Source: a virus (Duplodnaviria; Caudoviricetes). Taken from it: a DNA stretch of 31,629 nucleotides. The notes under the pieces were generated by a model. The model was not told the origin of the DNA and ran no database searches. It saw only the letters and a list, made by a program, of their open reading frames with translations. The DNA lies in IMG/VR virus record IMGVR_UViG_3300023053_000018, positions 1-31,629 of that record. The stretch is one strand, 5' to 3'. The translations under genes and the position numbers were made by a program. Below, in pieces: positions 1-7,627 of this stretch (positions within the stretch are counted from its first letter, which is position 1; every line of letters starts with the position of its first letter).

Positions 1-192
1 CATCGCCATCAATGTCTGCGCCTGCGCAATGCCAAGCTCTTTCCGCGCGAGCTCAAGCTCGCGCGAAAGGGCATCACTATGCTCCGCCGCAAGGCGCGCC
101 TCGATCGATTGAACCTTCGACCGAAGACCGCTCTCCTCTTCCATCAACATTTTGACGCGCTCCTCGGCGCGCCGCTCCTGCACCATCGACAT
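1..192 (-). CDS. Hypothetical coiled-coil protein, truncated by window edge (moron candidate)
   Basis: Own translation MSMVQERRAEERVKMLMEEESGLRSKVQSIEARLAAEH..., open to position 1; GAGAGGA RBS upstream of ATG at 192. Confidence 0.65.
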   Translation of the reverse strand, partial: MSMVQERRAEERVKMLMEEESGLRSKVQSIEARLAAEHSDALSRELELARKELGIAQAQTLMAM

Positions 193-218
193 ACTCTTGT
201 CCTCTCGGTCCGAGCGGA

Positions 219-247
219 AGTATAGAAACGCCGACAAAAGGTTGCAC
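219..247 (-). promoter_or_regulatory. Putative sigma70 promoter for the left-edge ORF
   Basis: GTGCAA-17 nt-TATACT on minus strand. Confidence 0.5.
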
Positions 248-290
248 CCCACGCGTTCAGGATTCTCGGCGTGCTGCGCGCAGGCTGGCG

Positions 291-1037
291 TCAAAGGGCG
301 ATACGCCCATCCAAGAACTTGCGCAGACCGTCATACACTTGGCCGCCCTGTCCTGCGGCCAGGATATCTCGGGTATAGAACAGGACTAGGGCCGCCTGCG
401 AGGACCCCGCAAATCCACCGGAACCGGGCATGTAGCCAATGGCGATGCGATTGGCCCCGCCACCGCTGCCGGCCGGGGTCGCATCCAGCGAAGTTTCTGC
501 CGATGTGAACCCTGCGCGGCGGCGGTACAGCCGCTTTCCACTCGGGCCGAAGGAAGCAATGGATACTTCATAGCCGGATGCGCGGTCGGCCGTGCTGTTG
601 AGCACGAGTTCCGTGGAACCACCAAGGTCAACTGCCGCCAGCTTTCGCGTGTCGCTCCGAGTGACCAAGCCGATGCCGTTGCTGCTGGGAATCAGGCGGA
701 ATGCTGCGGCGAGCGTGGATTGCTGCGCCTGGGACACGAGGGCTACGGATACGATGCAGACCGCGCCATTTTGCGCCATCAGTTCAGCACCGGTGAACGG
801 TGTTTCGAAGTAGCCAGCGGACGAAAGCGACGATGCGTAGTCGCCCACAACAGGGGATCCAGCGACCTGAAGATTGCCGCGGCGGCCGATGTTATCCACC
901 AAAGGGCCAAGCCCATAGCGGTTGCCCATGGCATATGCAGCGAACAAGTCGTCAGCAAAAGGAAGCGGCGAGAACTTACCCAAGCCAGTGCTGGAAAAGT
1001 CGTTGTCGCCTTTAACGACGATCTGAAGAGTAGACAT
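291..1037 (-). CDS. Tail spike partner protein (beta-rich, possibly LamG/ConA-like)
   Basis: Start MSTLQIVVKG overlaps upstream stop (TAATG at 1035-1039); 248 aa; beta-strand pattern; directly follows the spike gene. Confidence 0.6.
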   Translation of the reverse strand: MSTLQIVVKGDNDFSSTGLGKFSPLPFADDLFAAYAMGNRYGLGPLVDNIGRRGNLQVAGSPVVGDYASSLSSAGYFETPFTGAELMAQNGAVCIVSVALVSQAQQSTLAAAFRLIPSSNGIGLVTRSDTRKLAAVDLGGSTELVLNSTADRASGYEVSIASFGPSGKRLYRRRAGFTSAETSLDATPAGSGGGANRIAIGYMPGSGGFAGSSQAALVLFYTRDILAAGQGGQVYDGLRKFLDGRIAL

Positions 1038-3232
1038 TACAGGTCTCCTTGCGAAATGGGCATCCAGTTGTGCAGCGCGATCCGCGCGCCGGCGGGGTCG
1101 TAAACCATCCAATCGCCCTGGCTATCCCGTAGGCCACCCAGACCCATATTTGCGTTGCCAGCCCAGCCATAGCGCCAGCTTGCCACTGCGGCTGCGGCTG
1201 CATCGGTGCTGGTGCGGATGATCACCCCGGCGGGACCGACCTGACTGACCTTCACTACGTCGATCGCGGTGCCGCTGCTATCTACCAGCGTGAACCCATA
1301 GTTGGCAGCAGCAGTGGAAGCATCGAGCACAAGAGCGGTTCGGCTTGGCACGTCGAATTCAAGGACGATGTCCCGACCGACCCGATATGCCGCTGCGACC
1401 TTTATAGGCCGCGGCTTGGCTCCGTCGATCACCCACCGCTTCAGAGCTACGCCAAAATACGCCCCGAGCATCAACTGGCCTCGATTGGAGAGGTGAACCC
1501 CGTCACTGTGGTAGCCGAGCATGTAAGTGGGCGCCACCATCGCGACGTAATCGTCCTGCTCCGCCATCTCCAGTTGTGCCAACGCGATCGAGGGAACCTG
1601 CCGCAGGTACTTCCGGTGGGTGGCTGTTTGATAAGTGAGTAGCGGTAGCGGCCTCGATACGCCAGTCACCGCGGCGGCTTCGGTCTGAACATCAAGGCGG
1701 AACTGGCGGAATCTCAGCTTGAAATCGTCCGCGCTGGTCCCTTCAGCGTAATCGGACTCGCCCTCAAGCATCATGACAGCACCAAGAGCGTACGAAAGTC
1801 CCATCGCATCAGACCTGGCCCGACCATTGATGAGGTCTGCCCCCAAGCGGGCAAATGGCGGTGTTCCCTTCGAGATGCCGGCCATTGCTGTACCCACTTG
1901 GCCAGATGCGCTGTAGAGATGGCGCTGCGCCAACGACGACATATCGATTCCGTTCTCTTGCAGCAGCAGTTGGCTGAACATTCGCGCTGCAGAGTATGCG
2001 ATGGTCTGGCCGCCTCCCCCGCCAGTGATCGCACCAGGACCGGCCAGAACTTGCCGCGGTGACGCCGCACTGCCTACGGTCTGGATTATGCTGACCTCGT
2101 AGGTGCCTACGTCACCCGACCCGGTCCCAAGCGCCGTGATTCGAGTGCCGGCGGCAGCGCCGCTCATACCAATGAACTGCCCCACAGCGAAGTTCGCCGT
2201 GCCAGCTGTCTTTGCTGCGATCGTCAGCGTATTGCCCGAAATATATCCAGTTCCACCTGCCGAAGCGCCGGTCGTGGATTCCATCAGAGGAACGAGGTCC
2301 GAATAAATAGTCGCCGGATCTCCGCTGTTGTCATAAGGCCGCACCCCGCCAGAGAACATCAACGCTTCACTCAGGCCGTCGGCGGCAAACGCCGGGCGGG
2401 CATTGAAACCGAGTGAAAGCGATTGGCCGTACAACAAGACGTGAACAATGGAAGCCAAGGTCCGGACCGGGCTCAATGCGGGCGAAGTGATACCCGTGAG
2501 CAGTGACTGGTTACGCAGAGAACCCTCACGGATCCTGTTGATGTCAGGGTGGCTGACCTTGTCAGGCGTGATACCGATCAGGATGTTGCCAGCCTCATCG
2601 GTCATCACCACACCGCCTCCATCGACGTCGTAGTTCCTGATCGCGTCGCCAGCCGCGGCTGCTGCGCTAACGGCCCCCTGCATTTCATTGATCTGTGGAT
2701 GATCCACCCTGTCAGGGTAGATACCGATGAGGATGTTTGCAGATTCATCCGTGATGACCACTCCGCCGCCATTGACATCATGATTCTCCAACAGAGCAAC
2801 GTTCATCAGGCCGTCCGACACGCGCTCCAGTTCCACCTTGTCAGCTTTCTGAGTCAATACATCGGCAGCGCGCCAGTTCAAGCCCGCAGCCACCATCACG
2901 TATCGACCGCTGTTCGGTACTGATATGCCCGACACTGGATCCGTGTGAGAACCGAGGTCTCCGATCACCGCCACCTGCCGGTTCAGCGGGATTTGACCCG
3001 CTCCAGAAGCCACGCTTGCGGCTGCCCAGCTGGGAAATTCAATGGTGCTTCCGTCGGCGAGGAACTGCTGGAAGTCAGCTTCCACGCCGGTCCAGCTTTT
3101 GCGAGTCTGCCCGCGGCGGTCAAGCCAAGTAGTGGCCGCCCCATTGATCCCCGCATCAAGGTTCTCGGCGTTGTCGTACAAATCCAGGGGCGAGCTCGAG
3201 CCCACCGGGTTGCCGGTGTTGTATCTGGTCAT
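1037..3232 (-). CDS. Tail spike/fiber with SGNH (SASA/CE6-like) acetylesterase domain
   Basis: N-terminal YNTGNPVGSSSPLDLYDNAENLD phage spike anchor; SGNH blocks LLYGQSL, LEGESD, DGVH. Confidence 0.85.
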   Translation of the reverse strand: MTRYNTGNPVGSSSPLDLYDNAENLDAGINGAATTWLDRRGQTRKSWTGVEADFQQFLADGSTIEFPSWAAASVASGAGQIPLNRQVAVIGDLGSHTDPVSGISVPNSGRYVMVAAGLNWRAADVLTQKADKVELERVSDGLMNVALLENHDVNGGGVVITDESANILIGIYPDRVDHPQINEMQGAVSAAAAAGDAIRNYDVDGGGVVMTDEAGNILIGITPDKVSHPDINRIREGSLRNQSLLTGITSPALSPVRTLASIVHVLLYGQSLSLGFNARPAFAADGLSEALMFSGGVRPYDNSGDPATIYSDLVPLMESTTGASAGGTGYISGNTLTIAAKTAGTANFAVGQFIGMSGAAAGTRITALGTGSGDVGTYEVSIIQTVGSAASPRQVLAGPGAITGGGGGQTIAYSAARMFSQLLLQENGIDMSSLAQRHLYSASGQVGTAMAGISKGTPPFARLGADLINGRARSDAMGLSYALGAVMMLEGESDYAEGTSADDFKLRFRQFRLDVQTEAAAVTGVSRPLPLLTYQTATHRKYLRQVPSIALAQLEMAEQDDYVAMVAPTYMLGYHSDGVHLSNRGQLMLGAYFGVALKRWVIDGAKPRPIKVAAAYRVGRDIVLEFDVPSRTALVLDASTAAANYGFTLVDSSGTAIDVVKVSQVGPAGVIIRTSTDAAAAAVASWRYGWAGNANMGLGGLRDSQGDWMVYDPAGARIALHNWMPISQGDL
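2531..2790 (-). repeat. Two ~36-aa intragenic repeats (150-nt period) in tail spike
   Basis: NHDVNGGGVVITDESANILIGIYPDRVDHPQIN versus NYDVDGGGVVMTDEAGNILIGITPDKVSHPDIN. Confidence 0.9.
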
Positions 3233-3253
3233 CTGGGTGCGTCTCCGGTGGTG

Positions 3254-6200
3254 CTACGGCGCGGTCGCGTCGTCGTATTGGTAGAAGGCGGGGTCGTACT
3301 GCAGGGCGGCCAGCTCGACGGAGCCGTCTTCGCCTGGCGTGAGCTCGGCCAGCACAGCGTCATATCCAGCGCGCGTGCTGTCGCAGAAGATCAGTTCGGG
3401 GGGATCGATGGTTGGGTCGTCCATGATCCAGGTGTTGAAGGCGTGGTCGCCTGGCAGGGCCGACGCGGCGATGGTCAGGCGGTGGTCGTCGACCCGGGCC
3501 GGCACGATCACGTTGGAGAGCGTTCCGTCCTGGAACCGGATCAGGCACCGCGGCGCCGGCAGGCTCCAGTCCAGGTACTCGCCCACCTCGATCAGCACGC
3601 GGGTTCCGTCCAGGCGGGCCGATTCAATCATGGTGCTGGTGGTGCTGGATCCGGGGATGTCGTCGAACAGCTTTACCCGGTCGCCGTACTGGTAGACCAG
3701 CCCCATCATCTCCGTCTTCGTGGTGTAGGTGAGGCGCTGGCCCTGGTGCTTCATCAGCCGGCGCATTCCGATCCGGTAGGCGCGATCACGCGTGCCCACG
3801 CCCTGCAGCTCGTAGGTCTCGACCTTCCACGGTGTGCCGCCACCAGGCAGCCGGCATTCCACCGTCTCTGGGGCCCACGTGACCTCATCGATGTAGGTCA
3901 CGTCCACACCGTCGAAGTCGTCCGGCCCGGGCGACGTGAACGCCGTGGTCAACGGCTCCAGCTGCCGCTGCGGCGAGATGCCGCCGCGCCAGGCCTTGAT
4001 CCCCTCCCGGCCGGCCGAGCACATCGAGTCGATCAGCAGGAAGTAGCCCATGCCCGCCTGCGCAGCCATCTGCAGCAGATCCAGCGCGCTGGTGCCGGAC
4101 TTCTCCGCGCTGTAGTCGAAGAACTCGCCGCGCGGCGTCCAGTAGGTGCTCTCCAGGTGGTTCAGCGTGTCGGTGTCGATCTGGTCCGCCGGCAGCCCCA
4201 GCGAGCGCATCACGTGCGTCATCGCCCCGCTGATGCTGCGCGCAGTGCCGTTGTCATACAGGCGGGTCGCCTCGACGTTGAACCGGCGGTCCGTCTGCGC
4301 CGCCAGCTTGGTGCCGGTGGTCACCGTCAGGCCGATGGTGGTCAGGTCGTCGTAGCGGGTCGGCCGCTGCGGCAGGCGTGCGCGCAGGCCCTGCCAGAAG
4401 CACGCGTCGCGCGCGGAGTTGCCGCCGCGCTCGGTCACCCTCCGCACGCGCACTTCGATCTGGCCAGGCGTGCCCAAGGTGATGCGTTCGGTGAAGCCGA
4501 GCGAATCCTCGGAGGTGGCCGTATAGGTGTGGGTGCGCACCGACCACGGATCGCCGGAGCCATACACACGCCACGCCACCCGCACCGCCACGGTGAAGGT
4601 GCGCTTGTTGCCCTTGTCCGTGTACCAGATCAAGCCGCCCGGGAAGTTGAAGTCGTACTCGAAAGCGTTGGTCGTTTCGCCGTTGGGGCAAACCAGGAAC
4701 GGGCCCAGCCATTCCTCGCCTTCCTGCAGCCCGGTTGCCCGGTAGTCCGTCGCGGTGCGCGCGGCCCAGCCTGGCCAGCTGTTGTCGACCACGCCGCCCT
4801 CGGTCAGCCGCTGCACCACCAAGGTCAGCCCGGAGACGGCTGCGATGCGGTATTCGCTCTGGCCGCGCGACATCGCCAGGGAGACGCTGCCGGGCGGCAG
4901 GCCGCCGAAGGCAGTGCCGCCGGGACCGTCGTAGGCCAGCGTGACGCGCGGCAGCGTCGCCGGCGTGCCACCGGTGGTGGCCACACCCGCCGTTGCCGCG
5001 GGGCTGGGGCCAAACACCGCCGCCGGCAGCCCGCTGAAGCTGATGCTGCCACCCGCGTATGGGCTGGCCGCCTCGGCGATGGTCACCACCCCGCCCGACT
5101 GTGTCGCCACCAGACCGCTGTCCACCAGCTGATCATTGATCGCGGTGAGCAGCACGCCCAGCGTGATGTAGTTGGCCACCAGCGCGACGCTGTAGCTGGT
5201 GCCGCGCCAGCCGATGCCGAACGTGACCGGCGTGCCGCTGAAGTCAAAGCCAGTGGCGGCGGCCGATCCAGTGAGCCGCGCGGGGCTCCCGCCGACACCC
5301 GGCACGGCCGGCGTGCCGGGCGCGTAGCTCGCGACGAACAGTCCGTAGTCCGCGCCGTTGTAGGTCAGCAGCACCGGCATGCCCACATACGGGGCCAGCT
5401 CGGACACTGCGCTCCCGGCGATGATCGAGTAAAGCCCGCTGGTGGTAGCGTTGAAGGAGGCCGCCACCTTCAGCGTCAGCACCGCGCCGACCCTCCACGC
5501 CGCCGGAACAGACGTCGCTGGCCGCTCCTTGCCGTTCGCATCGGTGACCGTCGCGTTGTTCAGGGTCAGCACGTTGCCAGAGACCGTCACCGAGTCGGCA
5601 TTGATGCTGGTGGTCACGTCCGCGGTGTCGCTCAGGTCCAGGCCGGCCGTGCCCGAAGCCGTTGCGCCGACCTCGGTCGAGTTCACCCAGTTCTCCGAAC
5701 GCACGTCTCCGCCCACGTCGGCGCCCGGCGGATAGATCGTCATCTCCACGTCGCTGCCGAAGGAGCTGAGCGGCGTAGTGCCCAGCCGCGCGGAGCCCAA
5801 CGGGATCACGTGCCGGCCCTTGCCAACGCACACGAACATCTGCGTCCGGTAGGTATTGCCCCCCACGAAGCGCGAGACCGGCTGCACCAGGTAGTCGGCC
5901 CACACGCGGCAACGCCCCAGAACCTCGCGCACGGGGCTGCCAAGCCGCGCGGTGTTCGCTCGGGCAGTGTCCAGGCTGAGGCTATCGCCCTGCCCGTAGC
6001 GGCTGCCAGAGGGCATATTGGCGGCCATGTAGATGGCGTAGGCAGCCATGACAGCGACGACGACCCAGTAGACGACCGCGATGGCGCCCTCGTAGTGGGG
6101 GATCGGGTAGATGCGCACGTCGCTCTCGGCGTCGATCCAGGTGGACGCCCACCCGCCGGCCGGCACCGGCGCGCCGCTCACCTCGATCTCGATCGGGTGC

Positions 6201-6319
6201 GTGCCCTCGCCCGGGTAGCTCGGCACGTTGGACCGCAACCACCCATCGATCGTGGTCCTGCCGTGGCGATGGGTCTCCAGCGGCTCGCCGGGCATGCGTG
6301 ATGGAAAGACCTGGATCAC
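3254..6319 (-). CDS. Tail tip / host-specificity J-like central protein
   Basis: GTG start in GTGA overlap with the NlpC gene stop; 1021 aa; N-terminal ANTARLGSPVREVLG and C-terminal tip-attachment-like region; position in tail tip operon. Confidence 0.85.
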   Translation of the reverse strand: MIQVFPSRMPGEPLETHRHGRTTIDGWLRSNVPSYPGEGTHPIEIEVSGAPVPAGGWASTWIDAESDVRIYPIPHYEGAIAVVYWVVVAVMAAYAIYMAANMPSGSRYGQGDSLSLDTARANTARLGSPVREVLGRCRVWADYLVQPVSRFVGGNTYRTQMFVCVGKGRHVIPLGSARLGTTPLSSFGSDVEMTIYPPGADVGGDVRSENWVNSTEVGATASGTAGLDLSDTADVTTSINADSVTVSGNVLTLNNATVTDANGKERPATSVPAAWRVGAVLTLKVAASFNATTSGLYSIIAGSAVSELAPYVGMPVLLTYNGADYGLFVASYAPGTPAVPGVGGSPARLTGSAAATGFDFSGTPVTFGIGWRGTSYSVALVANYITLGVLLTAINDQLVDSGLVATQSGGVVTIAEAASPYAGGSISFSGLPAAVFGPSPAATAGVATTGGTPATLPRVTLAYDGPGGTAFGGLPPGSVSLAMSRGQSEYRIAAVSGLTLVVQRLTEGGVVDNSWPGWAARTATDYRATGLQEGEEWLGPFLVCPNGETTNAFEYDFNFPGGLIWYTDKGNKRTFTVAVRVAWRVYGSGDPWSVRTHTYTATSEDSLGFTERITLGTPGQIEVRVRRVTERGGNSARDACFWQGLRARLPQRPTRYDDLTTIGLTVTTGTKLAAQTDRRFNVEATRLYDNGTARSISGAMTHVMRSLGLPADQIDTDTLNHLESTYWTPRGEFFDYSAEKSGTSALDLLQMAAQAGMGYFLLIDSMCSAGREGIKAWRGGISPQRQLEPLTTAFTSPGPDDFDGVDVTYIDEVTWAPETVECRLPGGGTPWKVETYELQGVGTRDRAYRIGMRRLMKHQGQRLTYTTKTEMMGLVYQYGDRVKLFDDIPGSSTTSTMIESARLDGTRVLIEVGEYLDWSLPAPRCLIRFQDGTLSNVIVPARVDDHRLTIAASALPGDHAFNTWIMDDPTIDPPELIFCDSTRAGYDAVLAELTPGEDGSVELAALQYDPAFYQYDDATAP

Positions 6320-6693
6320 GCGTAGTACTCCACTCGATTGAACCGGCGTTCGAAGCGCGCCACTGGCAGCACGGTGACATTGCGGCCGTCGTTGCACTCC
6401 AAGGTGCACATGCGGCCATCAACCTCCACCAGCACCGCCACGTGGGTGACCATGCTGCCCTCGTAGCAGAACGCCACCGCACCCTCCACCAGATCGCTGC
6501 CGGCGTGCTGCCGGGCGGCCTCGTTCGCCAGCTCGGCGAGTTCGTCGCGCGTGGCCCCCGGGTACTCATCCCACGGCGCCAGGCCAAGATCACGCCGCAC
6601 CTCGTTGACCACGCCGTAGCAGTCCAGCTCGGGGAAATGCCGGCCGCCGCTGACCCAGACCACGTCCAGGTACTTTTCCAGATCGATGTTCAT
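6316..6693 (-). CDS. NlpC/P60 tail assembly protein (gpK-like)
   Basis: LDCYGVV Cys motif and HVAVLV His motif; ATGA-coupled start MNIDLEKY. Confidence 0.85.
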   Translation of the reverse strand: MNIDLEKYLDVVWVSGGRHFPELDCYGVVNEVRRDLGLAPWDEYPGATRDELAELANEAARQHAGSDLVEGAVAFCYEGSMVTHVAVLVEVDGRMCTLECNDGRNVTVLPVARFERRFNRVEYYA

Positions 6694-7172
6694 TGGATGT
6701 AGCGCAGCCCTGGGTGTTTGGTGAGGTTGAAACGGTCGCGCGGCCAGGCCGTGTCGAGGATGTTCATGAAGCCGGCGGTCACTTGAACCTCCGTTGCGGT
6801 CCACTGGCCGCCCTTGATCACCATCGACAGCGGCCTCTTGACCGGTGCCCGCAGGTCGTTGCTCAGGTACACCCGAAGGGTGACCGTCATCTCCAGCCGG
6901 GCGGCCAGCGCCGCGCGGATCTCCGTGCTCACCACGCCGTCGATGTTGGTCAGCGCGAATCGCAGGTCTTGCACGCCATCGGCATTGCGCGAGGGCTTGG
7001 CCACATCCATGCCGCAGGCCTTGAAGGTCACCGTCTGCCCGGTCTCCAGCACCGCGGTGATGTCTTCCCAGCCCTTGGTGAGGTAGTGGGTCTTGCTGCC
7101 CACCGTGATCGCCAAGGTTTCGTGCTCCACCTCAGCGCCGCCAGAGGAATACAGCCTTTCAAGAATGCTCAT
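6690..7172 (-). CDS. DUF1833-family minor tail protein
   Basis: Start MSILERLY in ATGA overlap; QDLRFALTNIDG and C-terminal WPRDRFNLTKHPGL motifs; gpL position. Confidence 0.8.
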   Translation of the reverse strand: MSILERLYSSGGAEVEHETLAITVGSKTHYLTKGWEDITAVLETGQTVTFKACGMDVAKPSRNADGVQDLRFALTNIDGVVSTEIRAALAARLEMTVTLRVYLSNDLRAPVKRPLSMVIKGGQWTATEVQVTAGFMNILDTAWPRDRFNLTKHPGLRYIQ

Positions 7173-7627
7173 GGCCTGGGCCACTCCCTGTTCGCCGCCA
7201 CGTCGATCACGCTGGCCTGGAGGAAGCCCTCCGGGTACTCGGACCAGCCATCTGCCAGCAGCGGCCGCAGGTGGATCTCCAGCGGTGCGGTGATCAGCCA
7301 GCGGTTGCTGTTGGTCAGCGCCGGCCCGTCATAGATCTCGGTGAATCGGCTCTTGTAGTAATCCATTCCCAGCGGGGTGCGGAGGTAGCAGGCAAACCAG
7401 GCGACACCGTCGCTGAGTCCCTCCTGGAACCACTTCTCGAACAGGGCGGCCTTCTTGTCGTCCAAGAGCCAACGGACTTCCACCTGCGTGGGCGTGGCGG
7501 TGTACGCACGCCTCGGCATGGAACGGCCACTGACGAACGTGGACCGCTTCAGGGGCGAGACGGGGCGCAAGCCATACCCATCGCGCAGCGGCTCGGGCAG
7601 CCACTGCGGTTGCATGATCAATGCCAT
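7169..7627 (-). CDS. Distal/minor tail protein (gpM-like)
   Basis: Directly after tape measure; LPEPLRDGYG and FEKWF...DGVAWF motifs. Confidence 0.75.
   Translation of the reverse strand: MALIMQPQWLPEPLRDGYGLRPVSPLKRSTFVSGRSMPRRAYTATPTQVEVRWLLDDKKAALFEKWFQEGLSDGVAWFACYLRTPLGMDYYKSRFTEIYDGPALTNSNRWLITAPLEIHLRPLLADGWSEYPEGFLQASVIDVAANREWPRP

Noticed and set aside
2531-2790. Spike repeats as DGR template/variable repeats
   Set aside because: Both copies are in frame in one gene, differences are not adenine-specific, and no reverse transcriptase is present in the window.
2945-6301. 1118-aa plus-strand ORF
   Set aside because: Antisense shadow of the tail tip gene caused by GC-rich codon bias; Arg/Gly/His-rich, no motifs or RBS.
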